The notes under the pieces: generated by a model
The model's database searches: none
The model's input: only the letters and a program-made list of their open reading frames with translations
What the model was told of the DNA's origin: nothing
Source of the DNA: an uncultured Acidimicrobiales bacterium
GTDB taxonomy: Bacteria > Actinomycetota > Acidimicrobiia > Acidimicrobiales > DATKAS01
Assembly (NCBI GenBank): GCA_963773315.1
Contig: CAVZAF010000002.1
Location: 411,410 to 475,409 of the forward strand
DNA: 64,000 nt
Direction of reading: 5' to 3'
In this document: piece by piece, positions 31,800 through 42,327 of the stretch
Layout: each line of letters opens with the position of its first letter
Numbering within the stretch: position 1 is the stretch's first letter
Program-made: the position numbers and the translations under genes

Positions 31800-34700
31800 A
31801 TGCCGACCGCCGAGCTCAACCCCGATCAGCTCGACGCGGTCGTCCACGCGGAGGGGCCGCTCCTGATCGTCGCCGGTGCGGGGTCGGGCAAGACCCGGGT
31901 GCTGACGCACCGCATCGCTCACCTGATCGAGCACGAAGGCGTCAGCCCGTTCCGCATCCTGGCCATCACGTTCACGAACAAGGCGGCCGACGAGATGCGT
32001 CATCGCGTCGAAGCGCTCGTCGGGCCCGTGGCGAAGAAGATGTGGGTGTCGACGTTCCACTCGGCGTGCGTGCGCATCTTGCGGCGCGACATCGGTGCGC
32101 TCGGGTACCCGTCCTCGTTCACGATCTACGACGAGGCCGACGCGGTGCGGCTCACGGGATACGTGCTTCGTGACCTGAACGTCGATCCGAAGCGCTTCCC
32201 GCCGCGCAGCGTGCACGCGACGATCAGCGCCGCGAAGAACGAGCTGATCCTGCCGGAGGAGTACGCGGCGAAGGCATCGACCATCTTCGAGCGCCGCATC
32301 GCCGACATCTACCGTGAGTATCAGTCGCGGTTGCAGCGCGCAGGCGCGCTCGACTTCGACGACTTGCTCACGCTCACAGTGCGCCTCTTCAACGAGCACC
32401 CCGACGTGCTCGCGCACTACCAAGAGCGGTTCGAGCACATCCTCGTCGACGAGTACCAAGACACGAACCGCGCCCAGAACGAGATCGTGCTGAAGCTTGG
32501 CGAGGCTCACCACAACGTCTGTGTGGTCGGAGACTCAGATCAGTGCCTCCCGCCAGGGACGTTGGTGGCGACGCCTCGAGGCATGGTGCCCATCGAAGCC
32601 ATCAGCGAGGGCGATCAGGTGGTCGGCACAGGCGGTCGGCTGACGACACTCGACGGCACCGTCACCGCCGCGGTCGAGGGTGAGTACGACGGACCGATGG
32701 TCGAGGTGCGCGCCGACGGCTACACGGTTCGGGGGACGCCGCACCATCTGGTGCCGGCGCGACTCACCTTCCCGTGCGGTCAGCACCTCGTCTATCTGAT
32801 GTACCGCGCCGATCGCGGCTACCGAGTCGGGCGGACGATCAGCATGCGCCCGCGTTCGAAAGGCAAGGACGACGTGGGAATTCGCGTCCGTGTCGTCCAG
32901 GAACATGCGGACGCGGCGTGGGTGCTGCGAGTGTGTGACACGGTCGCGGAGGCGGCCTACTGGGAGGCCTACTACGCAGCCGAGTACGGCATTCCGACCG
33001 CGTGCTTCCACGGCCTCGGCCGCGACCTCGCGATGGACGAAGCGTGGCTCGGACGGCTGTACACCGAGCTCGACACGGCGCTCGGGGCGAAGGTGCTCCT
33101 CGAGGATCATCTGCTCCACCCCGAGTTCCCCCATGTTCGCCCGCAGAACGGGTCTCGACGCCAGACGCTCAACGTGACGATGTTCAGTGGCGCTCGCGGG
33201 GAGGTTGGTCACCACCGGATCCAGTGGTCGTCGAACCGGCTCGAGATCGCCGAGCGCATCCAGCGCGCCGGCATCCTCGTGCGAGGGCTCGGCGGCGACC
33301 GTGCTGGCTATCGCTTCGAGACGGCCCGGAAGAGCTGGGCCGAGGCACTCGACCTCGCCAAGTCGGTCGCTTCAGCGGGCGGTCTCGACCTTCGCCGGCG
33401 GATGGCGATCGGCGACGTGATCTACGACCTCATGCCGTTGTCGCACCTACGACCCGGGATGACGGTGCTGGTGCGGGGCGACGGCGGCTCGCTCGTCGAG
33501 GCCACCGTGGATGCAACGGAGCAATCGCACTACTCCGGTCCGGTGTACGACCTCGAGGTCGATCGACTGCACAGCTACATCGCGAACGACGTGCTGGTGC
33601 ACAACAGCATCTACCGCTTTCGTGCTGCCGACATCCGCAACATCCTCGAGTTCGAGCAGGCGTTCCCCGACGTCACGGTGATCACGCTCGAGCAGAACTA
33701 CCGGTCGACGCAGACGATCCTCGACGCGGCAAACGCGGTGATCGCGAACAACCTCGGCCGCAAGCCGAAGAACCTCTGGACCGATCAGGGCATCGGCGAT
33801 CCGATCGTGCGCTACCACGCCGACGACGAGGGAGACGAAGCGCAGTGGGTCGCGCACCAGATCGCACTGCTGCACGACGAGGATCATCGTCGATGGGGTG
33901 ATGTCGCCGTCTTCTACCGCACGAACGCGCAGAGCCGCGTGCTCGAGGAGCACTTCATGCGCGTGGGAATCCCGTACAAGGTGCTCGGCGGCACCAGGTT
34001 CTACGACCGGCGTGAGATCAAAGACGCGGTCGCCTACCTCAGGGCCGTCGCGAACCCGGCGGACGAGGTGAGCGTCAAGCGGGTCGTGAACGTGCCCAAG
34101 CGGGGCGTCGGTGACACCACGGTCGGACGCGTCGACAACTGGGCGACGAGTCACGGCTTGTCGTTTCACGACGGCGCTGCGCAGGGCCGATGACGCTGGT
34201 GTGTCGACGGCCGCGCAGAAGGGCATCGCGTCGTTCCTCGAGCTGCTCGACGAGGCGCGGGGGATGCTCGACGAGGGACCCGGGTCGGTGCTCGAGCTGC
34301 TGCTCGAGGGGTCGGGGTACCTGAAGGAGCTGCACGTCGAGCACTCGGTCGAAGCAGAGGGAAGGCTCGAGAACCTCGCCGAGCTCGTCGGCTCGGCGCG
34401 CGAGATGGCGTCCGTGGACGACTTCCTCGAGCAGGTCTCGCTGGTCTCCGACACCGACGAGCTCGATGGGGACAGCGGCGCGGTCGTGCTCATGACGTTG
34501 CACTCGGCGAAGGGCCTCGAGTTCCCGGTCGTGTTCCTCATCGGGTGTGAGGACGGCGTGTTCCCACACATCCGCTCGCTCACCGAGCCCGAGGAGCTCG
34601 AGGAGGAGCGCCGGCTCGCTTACGTCGGGATCACACGGGCTCGCGAGCGCCTCTTCGTCAGCCACGCGTGGAGCCGCATGCTGTGGGGCGCGACGCAGTA

Positions 34701-35092
34701 CAACCCTCCGAGCCGGTTCCTCGATGAGATCCCGTCTGGGCTGGTCCAGATGGTCGACGGCGCGGGCCGGACGCCGGGTCGAGCGTCGATGCGCGCGCAC
34801 TATCGGTCAGATGGAGGGGGGCGTCGCGAGGGCTTCGGCCCGGCCACAGGCGTGGCGCGTGACCGAATCGTCGATCAGGCGATCCGCGGCAGGCGAGCGA
34901 CCGGCGACGACGGGTGCCGAGCGGCTCGGGCTGCGCATCGGTGACGACGTGCGCCACGCCAAGTTCGGCGATGGCGTGATCCTGGGGATCGAGGGCGCGG
35001 GCGACAAGGCCGAGGCGATCGTCCAGTTCAGCGGCTTCGGAGAGAAGCGCCTTCTGCTGTCGTGGAGCCCGCTCGAGAGGCTCGGGCCGTGA
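31800..35092 (+). CDS. pcrA: ATP-dependent DNA helicase PcrA/UvrD, interrupted by an intein, with two apparent frameshifts (about 34172 and about 34888)
   Basis: SF1 helicase motifs are present: AGAGSGKTRVLTHRIA, TFTNKAADEM, VDEYQDTN, VGDSDQ|intein|SIYRFRAADIRN, YRSTQ, TLHSAKGLEFPVVFL and LAYVGITRARERL. The C-terminal tail reads HAKFGDGVILG. Confidence 0.9.
32544..33605 (+). mobile_element. Intein (354 codons) inserted in PcrA helicase motif III
   Basis: Block A is Cys1 (CLPPGTLVATPRGMVPIEAISEGDQVVG). Block B is GTPHHLV. Blocks F/G are GPVYDLEVDRLHSYIANDVLVHN, followed by +1 Ser. Excision restores GDSDQSIYRFRAA. Confidence 0.88.
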
Positions 35093-36560
35093 TCCAGGCC
35101 GCGGCCGCACGGGGCCGGCTCGTCACCGCCCGCGACCTCACGCTCGGCTCGTTCCTTCCGCTCCTCGCCGAGATCCACGGGGAGCGCACGCTCATGACCA
35201 CGAACGCCGAGCGGCTCTCCTTCGCGCAGGCGGCCGAGCGCGTCGAGCGGTGGGCGGGAGCGGTGCGCGCCGAGGTCACCGGCGGCAGCCGCGTCGTGCT
35301 CATCCTCGAGGGCTACGACCTCTTGCTCGCGTCACTGGCGGTCTCGCGCGGGCGGGCTGCCGGTGCCGATCAACGCTCAGATGCGCCCTGACGAGGTCGA
35401 CCATGTGGTGCGCGATGCGGGCGCGGCGATGGTCGTGCGTGACGCGGTCGAGCTCAGCGGAGCCTCGCGGCTCGTCGAACCGGTGCCCGCTCGAGCGTCT
35501 GACGTCGCGGCCCTCTTCTACACGTCGGGCACCACCGGCAAGCCGAAGGGGGTCGAGCTCACCCACCGCGGGCTGCTCGGCACATCGAACCTCGCGGCGC
35601 TCTTTCCGAGCGGGCTGCGCCACGACGAGGCGGTGGTCGCGCTGCCCGTCGCCCACATCTACGGGTTCACCGCGCTGCTCGGCCTCGCGGCAGCGGGTGT
35701 TCCGGTGCACTATCTGAATCGCTTCCGAGCAGATGACGTGCTCGACGCGATCGAGCAGCGGGGAGCGACGATGTTCCTGGGGGTGCCGGCGATGTACCGG
35801 CTCATGGCCGAGGCGGGCGCGTCCGCGCGCGACCTGAGGAGCGTGCGCGTGTGGGCGTCGGGCGCGGACGTGATGCCCGAAGACCTCGCCGCAGCGGTTC
35901 CGGCACATGGGTGCGAGCGCGGCGCTCCCCGTCGTCGGGCACGTTGGCGATGCGCTCTTCGTCGAGGGCTACGGCATGGTCGAGCTCGGAGGAGGAGTGG
36001 CCCTGAAGGTGGGCCCGAACCTCGTCGCTCTCCCGGGCTACCGCTTCCGTGTCGTCGACGACAATGGCCGTGAAGTCGCGGTCGGCCAGATCGGTGAGCT
36101 GTGGGTGCGCGGACCCGGCACGTTGCGCGGCTACTACGGCGACGCGAAGGCGACCGCTGACACGCTGACAGCTGACGGCTGGGTGCGCACCGGCGACCTC
36201 GTGAGGCGAGGACTCGGCAACACCGTCCGCTTCTCGGGCCGCAAGAAGGACGTGATCAAGCACGGCGGCTACTCGGTGTACGCGGTCGAGGTCGAGGCGG
36301 CCCTGACTGAGCATCCCGAAATCGTCGAGGCCGCGGTCGTGGGTCTCGCCGACCCGCGCAAGGGCGAGGTCCCGGTCGCCGCGGTGCGCGTGCGCGAGGG
36401 ATCGAAGGTGAAGCCTGCTGAGCTCGTGGCATGGGCGGCGGAGCACCTGTCTGACTACAAGGCGCCGCGACAGGTGGTCATCGTCGACGAGCTCCCGCGC
36501 ACCGGCACCACGAAGGTGCAGAAGAGCGGACTCGTCGACCTCTTCGACGCTCGCGTCTGA
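35089..36560 (+). CDS. Acyl-CoA synthetase / AMP-dependent ligase (two apparent frameshifts, about 35353 and about 35897)
   Basis: AMP-binding motifs are present: LFYTSGTTGKPKGVELTH, EGYGMVE, WVRTGDL, SGRKKDVIKHGGYSV and [21 protein letters not shown]. The gene is read across three frames. Confidence 0.85.
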
Positions 36561-37158
36561 GACGACCTTTCACCCCGACGGTCGTCGTGGTGAGGCGTCC
36601 GGTCACGAGGATGGTCGTCGATGTCGACGTCGTCGACGGGCCTTGTCCGGGCAGCCCGCCCGGCGAGAGGTCGATCACCAGCGCGCCGTCGGTGACACGG
36701 GTCGGGTAGTGCGGCAGCCCGTCGCCGTCAGCGGGCACTGTCGCCTTGGTGCAGGGGTCGGTGAATGAGTCGGCACCCGCGTTCCACACGAGCGTGCACT
36801 CGCGCGGTGAGCCGGGCACGCGCGCCTCGAACGCGAGCCATCCGAGGTCGTTGTCGGAGCCGAGGTGGTTCACGTAGATGTCGCGCGTGCCACCGATGAG
36901 GAGGTCTTGGAACAGGAGTGGGCCGTCGCGCTCGACGCGAGTGGCCAGCCCGTCGACCTTGCCGACCTTGAAGTCGTCATCGCCCAGCCTCACCTTCGTT
37001 CCTCCTCCGCTGCTCAGCAGCGCCGCGGCGAAGAACAGTGCCGCCGCGATGACGACGCCCACGACCGCGATGACGAGGCCTCGGCTGCGGCGGCGCTTGT
37101 CGGGGCGCGCAGGGTGGTACTCGGACGGGGTGCCGGATTGGGTGCCGGAGGCGGACAC
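36478..37158 (-). CDS. Hypothetical membrane-anchored protein
   Basis: It has an N-terminal TM helix ([21 protein letters not shown]) and a globular part. The Arg-rich last 35 aa or so overlap the 3' end of the convergent gene, so the true stop may be earlier (possible frameshift). Confidence 0.55.
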   Translation of the reverse strand: MSASGTQSGTPSEYHPARPDKRRRSRGLVIAVVGVVIAAALFFAAALLSSGGGTKVRLGDDDFKVGKVDGLATRVERDGPLLFQDLLIGGTRDIYVNHLGSDNDLGWLAFEARVPGSPRECTLVWNAGADSFTDPCTKATVPADGDGLPHYPTRVTDGALVIDLSPGGLPGQGPSTTSTSTTILVTGRLTTTTVGVKGRLRRERRRGRRVRSSAPSWCRCAGARRR

Positions 37159-37178
37159 CGACCTATTGTGCCGGTCTT

Positions 37179-37598
37179 GTGAATCGCCGCTATCGGGTCG
37201 TCGTCGCCAAGCCCGGCCTCGACGGTCACGACCGTGGCGCGAAGGTCATCGCCCGCGCCTTGCGCGATGCCGGCTTCGAGGTCGTCTACACGGGCTTGCA
37301 CCAGACGCCCGAGCAGGTGGCCGAGACCGTCGTGCAAGAAGACGCCGATGCGGTCGGGCTCTCACTCCTCTCGGGCGCGCATCTGACGCTCTTCCCGAGG
37401 GTGATCGAGGAGCTCCGCTCGCGGGGCCGTGCCGACGTGCTGGTCTTCGGCGGCGGCGTCATCCCTTCCGCGGACATCCCCGTGCTGAAGCAGCAGGGGG
37501 TCGCTGAGATCTTCACCCCGGGTGCGAACCTCACCGAAGTGAGCCACTGGCTCGAACAGGCCCTCGACGGCCTGGCCCAAGAGACTGAGAGGGACTGA
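37179..37598 (+). CDS. Cobalamin-binding domain protein (methylmalonyl-CoA mutase C-terminal domain type)
   Basis: It has [33 protein letters not shown] (the DxHxxG B12 motif) and GLSLLSGAH. Confidence 0.85.
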   Translation: MNRRYRVVVAKPGLDGHDRGAKVIARALRDAGFEVVYTGLHQTPEQVAETVVQEDADAVGLSLLSGAHLTLFPRVIEELRSRGRADVLVFGGGVIPSADIPVLKQQGVAEIFTPGANLTEVSHWLEQALDGLAQETERD

Positions 37599-37600
37599 CC

Positions 37601-38749
37601 GTGGATCTCTTCGAGTACCAGGGGAAGCAGTACTTCGCCCGCTTCGGCATCCCCGTGTCTCCTGGCGGTGTCGCCGACACGGTCGACGAGGCCGTGGCCG
37701 AGGCCGACAAGGCCGGCTACCCGGTCGTCGTCAAGGCGCAGGTGCAGGTCGGCGGTCGAGGAAAGGCCGGCGGCATCAAGCTCGCCGCCACCGCGGACGA
37801 GGTGCGCCTGCACGCCGGGAACATCCTCGGCATGGACATCAAGGGCCATGTCGTGAAGCGGGTGTGGGTCGAGCACGCGTCAGACATCGCGGCGGAGTAC
37901 TACGCGAGCTTCACGCTCGATCGCTCAGCGAAGAAGTACCTGAGCATGGTGTCGGCACGTGGGGGCGTCGACATCGAGCAGGTCGCCGATGAGGAGCCCG
38001 ACGCGATCGTGAAGACCTGGATCGATCCGGTCGACGGGCTGAGCCTCGAGCAGGCGCGTCAGATCGCGGTCGACGCGAAGCTCGATCCGGCGGCGATCGA
38101 CGGCGCGGCCGAGATCCTGACGAAGCTCTATCGGTGCTACGTCGAAGGCGATTGCGACCTCGCGGAGATCAACCCGCTGATCCTCACGCCTGACGGCCGC
38201 GTGCACGCGCTCGATGCGAAGGTGAGCCTCGACGGCAACGCGGCGTTCCGCCATCCCGAGTGGGACGAGTACGCCGCGACCGAGGAGCTCGACGAGCGCG
38301 AGCAGCTCGCCCGAGCGAAGGGCCTGCAGTACATCGGCCTCGACGGCGAGGTCGGGATCATCGCGAACGGCGCGGGCCTCGCGATGAGCACGCTCGACGT
38401 CGTGAACCAGGTCGGCGGGCGCGCCGCGAACTTCCTCGACATCGGGGGCGGCGCGAGCGCGGACGTGATGGCGGCCGCGCTCGAGGTCATCAACTCGGAC
38501 GAGAAGGTGCAGGCGATCTTGGTCAACATCTTCGGTGGCATCACGAAAGGCACCGAAGTCGCGAACGGCATCGCCGAGGCGCTCGGACGAGTCGATGTGA
38601 AGGCGCCGATCGTGATCCGCCTCGACGGCACCCTCGCTGAGGAGGGGCGAGCGATCCTCGCTCCGCTCCTCTCTGACCGGCTCATCAGCAGACCGACGAT
38701 GCTCGATGCCGCCCGAACCGCCGTCGCGCTGGCCGAAGGGAGCAAGTGA
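37601..38749 (+). CDS. sucC: Succinate--CoA ligase subunit beta
   Basis: 382-aa ORF with MDLFEYQGKQYFARFGIPV...VVVKAQVQVGGRGKAGGIK...NIFGGIT. Confidence 0.95.
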   Translation: MDLFEYQGKQYFARFGIPVSPGGVADTVDEAVAEADKAGYPVVVKAQVQVGGRGKAGGIKLAATADEVRLHAGNILGMDIKGHVVKRVWVEHASDIAAEYYASFTLDRSAKKYLSMVSARGGVDIEQVADEEPDAIVKTWIDPVDGLSLEQARQIAVDAKLDPAAIDGAAEILTKLYRCYVEGDCDLAEINPLILTPDGRVHALDAKVSLDGNAAFRHPEWDEYAATEELDEREQLARAKGLQYIGLDGEVGIIANGAGLAMSTLDVVNQVGGRAANFLDIGGGASADVMAAALEVINSDEKVQAILVNIFGGITKGTEVANGIAEALGRVDVKAPIVIRLDGTLAEEGRAILAPLLSDRLISRPTMLDAARTAVALAEGSK

Positions 38750-39633
38750 TGGCGATCTTCGTCGACGACTCCACAAGGGTGCTCGTGCAGGGCCTCACCG
38801 GCGGCCAAGGCCGCTTCCACGGACTGCGCAACCGCGAGTACGGCACGAAGGTGGTCGCGGGCGTGACGCCGGGCAAGGGTGGGCAGGACGTCGAAGGCAT
38901 TCCGGTGTTCGACACGGTGTCCGACGCGGTCGCCGCCACCGGCGCGGACGCCTCGTTCATCTCCGTGCCGCCGAAGGCCGCGCCGGTCGCGATCCTCGAG
39001 GCCGCAGCGGCCGGCGTGCCGTTCGTCGTATGCATCACCGAAGGAATCCCCGCTCACGACGAGGCGCGGGTGTTCAACACCTTGCTGCGCGAGCACGCAG
39101 GCACCCGACTGCTCGGTCCGAACTGCCCCGGCATCATCAGCCCCGGCAAGTGCAACATCGGCATCACCGCCGGTGAGATCGCGGAGCCGGGCGGACCAGT
39201 CGGCATCGTGAGCCGCTCGGGCACGCTCACCTACCAAGCCCTCTACGAGCTGAAGCAGAAGGGCATCGGTGTCACCACGTGCGTCGGCATCGGCGGCGAC
39301 CCCGTGCCGGGCACCTCGTTCATCGACTGCCTCCGAGAGTTCCAGGCTGATCCCGACACGCGCGCGGTGATGATGATCGGTGAGATCGGTGGCTCAGCCG
39401 AGGAAGAGGCAGCCGAGTTCATCGCGGCCCAGATGGACAAGCCGGTCGTGGCGTACGTCGCCGGCGTGACCGCGCCGGCGGGCAAGAAGATGGGCCACGC
39501 CGGTGCGATCGTGTCGGGAGGCAAGGGCACTGCGCAGGGGAAGATGGACGCGCTCGCTGCGGCGGGCGTGATCGTTGCGCAGAACCCGACCGAGGCCGGG
39601 GATCGGATGGCCGAGATCGTCGCTCGGCTGTAG
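38746..39633 (+). CDS. sucD: Succinate--CoA ligase subunit alpha
   Basis: The translation is VLVQGLTGGQGRFH...GPNCPGIISPGKCNIGI...SRSGTLTY...MGHAGAIV. The start is either GTG 38746 or ATG 38749. Confidence 0.95.
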   Translation: MMAIFVDDSTRVLVQGLTGGQGRFHGLRNREYGTKVVAGVTPGKGGQDVEGIPVFDTVSDAVAATGADASFISVPPKAAPVAILEAAAAGVPFVVCITEGIPAHDEARVFNTLLREHAGTRLLGPNCPGIISPGKCNIGITAGEIAEPGGPVGIVSRSGTLTYQALYELKQKGIGVTTCVGIGGDPVPGTSFIDCLREFQADPDTRAVMMIGEIGGSAEEEAAEFIAAQMDKPVVAYVAGVTAPAGKKMGHAGAIVSGGKGTAQGKMDALAAAGVIVAQNPTEAGDRMAEIVARL

Positions 39634-39650
39634 CGGCTACGCCGCCCTGA

Positions 39651-40202
39651 TCAGGCTGAGGGCGGTGGCGGGGGCGGCGAGCTCGGCGGAGGCGGCGGGG
39701 CCGGCGGAGCAGCGCCAGGCGCCGCGCCACCCTTGGCGGCCTGCGGGTCGAACCCGATGGTCTCCATCACCGCGCCGGCGACCAGAGCGATGGCGCCCAG
39801 CAGCATCAGCCAGAAGCCGATGCCGAAGTCGAGGCCACCCTTGTCGACGATGAGGTAGCCGAGCATGAGCAGGCCGGCGAAGATCGCGAGCGCGAGGCGA
39901 ATCTGCTTCCACGTGAACCCGATGATCGGCTCGGGGAGCTTCGTGCCCGCGAAGACGCGCAGCGCGGCGGACCCACCGATGATCAGTCCGAAGAGCGCGA
40001 CGTATGTCGCGATCGGGAAGAGGCCGCTACCCCATGCGCTCCGGCTCACGCTCCCGAATTTGTAGAACGCGAGGAACGAGAACAGCAGGACCACGAGGCC
40101 GCCGGCCATCATGACCCAGTCGGGAACGGTCGGTTTCTCTTTCACGGCGGGCGCCTCCCAGGTGATGCCGAACGGCAGCACCGTACCCAATGGGGCTCCC
40201 AA
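39651..40202 (-). CDS. Hypothetical polytopic membrane protein with Pro/Ala-rich C-terminus
   Basis: 183-aa ORF with four hydrophobic helices and the tail APPAPPPPPSSPPPPPPSA. I recognise no family. Confidence 0.6.
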   Translation of the reverse strand: MGAPLGTVLPFGITWEAPAVKEKPTVPDWVMMAGGLVVLLFSFLAFYKFGSVSRSAWGSGLFPIATYVALFGLIIGGSAALRVFAGTKLPEPIIGFTWKQIRLALAIFAGLLMLGYLIVDKGGLDFGIGFWLMLLGAIALVAGAVMETIGFDPQAAKGGAAPGAAPPAPPPPPSSPPPPPPSA

Positions 40203-40257
40203 AGTGACGGACCTGAAGTGACGGAACGGTGTACCTCACGGAAGTAGGTTCCCTCTG

Positions 40258-40819
40258 GTGCAGATCGGGGTGCTTGCGTCGGGGACGGGCACGAACCTCG
40301 AAGCCATCCTCGAAGCCCGTCTGCCGGTCGTGATCGTCGTGGCTGACCGGCCGTGCCGAGCGCTGCAGGTCGCGGAAGAGGCGGGCGTCACATCGGTGCT
40401 CGTGGAGCGCACCTCGTTCGGCGCGAGCTTCGATCGGTTGGCCTTCACCCACGAGGTGATCGATGTCCTCGAGGCGGCCGGCGTCGAGCTCGTCGCGATG
40501 GCAGGTTTCATGACCATCCTCGACAAGCCCTTCGTCGACCGGTGGCCAAGACGCATCCTCAACACCCACCCCTCGCTCTTGCCCTCGTTCCCCGGCGCCC
40601 ACGGCGTGCGCGATGCCCTCGAGGTCAGGCGTGAAGGTCACCGGGTGCACGGTGCACATCGCGACGGCCGAGCTCGACGCCGGGCCGATCGTGGCGCAGA
40701 CGGCCGTCGACGTGCTTCCCGACGACACCGTCGAGTCGTTGCACGAGCGAGTCAAGGCGGCCGAGCGCGTGCTCTACCCGGCCGCGATCCAACGGTTCAT
40801 GGAGGATGACGTCGCGTGA
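40258..40819 (+). CDS. purN: Phosphoribosylglycinamide formyltransferase (one apparent 1-nt insertion at about 40624)
   Basis: The translation is IGVLASGTGTNLEAIL...ILNTHPSLLPSFPGAHGVRDALE, then SGVKVTGCTVHIATAELDAGPIVAQ in the next frame. Confidence 0.88.
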
Positions 40820-42308
40820 GGGCACTGCTGTCCGTGTACGACAAGTCCGGCATCGTCGACCTGGGTCGAGGCCTGCACGACCTCGGGTGGGAGCTCGTGT
40901 CGAGCAGCAACACCGCGCGAGTGCTGCGCGAGGCGGGGCTGCCAGTCACCGAAGTCGCCGATGTCACGGGAGTGGCCGAGATGCTCGGCCACCGGGTGGT
41001 GACGTTGCACCCGAACATCCACGGCGGGCTGCTCGCCGACCTCGACAACCCCGAGCACGTCGCCGACCTCGAGCGCCACGACATCACACCGATCGGCCTC
41101 GTCGTGTCGAACCTCTACCCGTTCGTCGAGCGTCCCGACGTCGAGACGATCGACATCGGCGGCCCCGCGATGGTCCGCGCCGCCGCGAAGAACCATGCCC
41201 ACGTCGCGGTCGTGGTCGATCCGTCCGACTACGACGCGGTGCTCGGCGAGCTGCGTCGCGAAGGTGCGATCTCGCTGGCGACGCGGCGCGCACTCGCACG
41301 CAAGGCGTTCGCGCACACGTCCGCGTACGACGCGGCGATCTCCGCGTGGCTCGTCGACAGCGACGATGTGCTTCCGGCGACGCTCTCATTGACGCTCGAT
41401 CGCGTGCAGGAGCTGCGCTACGGCGAGAACCCCCACCAATTCGGCGCTCGTTACCGCTTCCGCGGTCTCCAGAGCTGGTGGGACGACGCGGTGCAGCACG
41501 GCGGCAAGGAGCTGTCGTACCTCAACCTCTTCGACGCCGAGGCCGCGTGGCGCCTCGTGCACCAGCTCGGTGACCGGCCCGCCGCGGTCGTCGTGAAGCA
41601 TGCGAACCCATGTGGCGTCGCGGTGGCCGACGACATCTCCGAGGCGTACATCGCGGCGCACGAGTGCGATCCGATCTCGGCGTTCGGCGGCATCGTCGCG
41701 CTGAACCGTCCCGTTCCCGATTCGCTCGCGCGACGCGCTCGCGCCGGTCTTCACCGAGGTGGTCGTCGCTCCTTCCTATGAAGATGCCGCGCTCGCGACG
41801 CTCACGGCGAAGAAGAACCTGCGCGTGCTCTCGGCCGGACCGCCGGGGCGCGCAGCCTCGACTTCCGATCGATCGATCACGGGCTCCTGGTGCAAACCGC
41901 TGACACCGTGAACCTCGACCGCGCCGCATGGCGGGTCGTCACCAAGGTCGCGCCCACCGAGGAGCAGTGGCGCGACCTCGAGCTCGCATGGATCGTGTGC
42001 GCGGCGGTGTCGTCCAACGCCATCGTCCTCGTCGGCAACGAGCGGGCGGTCGGCATCGGAGCGGGGCAGCAGAACCGCGTCGACTCGGCTCGCATCGCCG
42101 CCACGCGGGCGACGGCCGCGCCAGAGGCGGTGCGTGCGCGAGCGATGCCTACTTCCCCTTCCGCGACGGCCTCGACACGGCGGCCGAGGCGGGCGTCGCG
42201 GCGGTGATCCAGCCCGGTGGCTCGATCCGTGACGAAGAGGTGATCGCGGCCGCCGACGAGCACGGCCTGGCGATGGTCTTCACCGGCGAGCGCCACTTCC
42301 GCCACTGA
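40816..42308 (+). pseudogene. purH: Bifunctional AICAR transformylase / IMP cyclohydrolase, with three apparent frameshifts as given (about 41730, 41850, 42105); these may be sequence errors rather than real decay
   Basis: The translation is RALLSVYDKSGIVDLGRGL...VVTLHPNIHGGLLA...DIGGPAMVRAAAKNH...VVKHANPCGVA...SAFGGIVALN...FTEVVVAPSY...[13 protein letters not shown]...[10 protein letters not shown]. It is spread over four reading-frame segments. Confidence 0.85.
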
Positions 42309-42327
42309 CCCAGTCCGGCGCACAGCC

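Noticed and set aside
40203-40257. A direct repeat GTGACGGA x2 upstream of purN, considered as a possible purine-regulon operator or ZTP riboswitch.
   Set aside because: The intergenic region is only 55 nt, too short for a ZTP (pfl) riboswitch. The 8-nt repeat alone is weak evidence for an operator.
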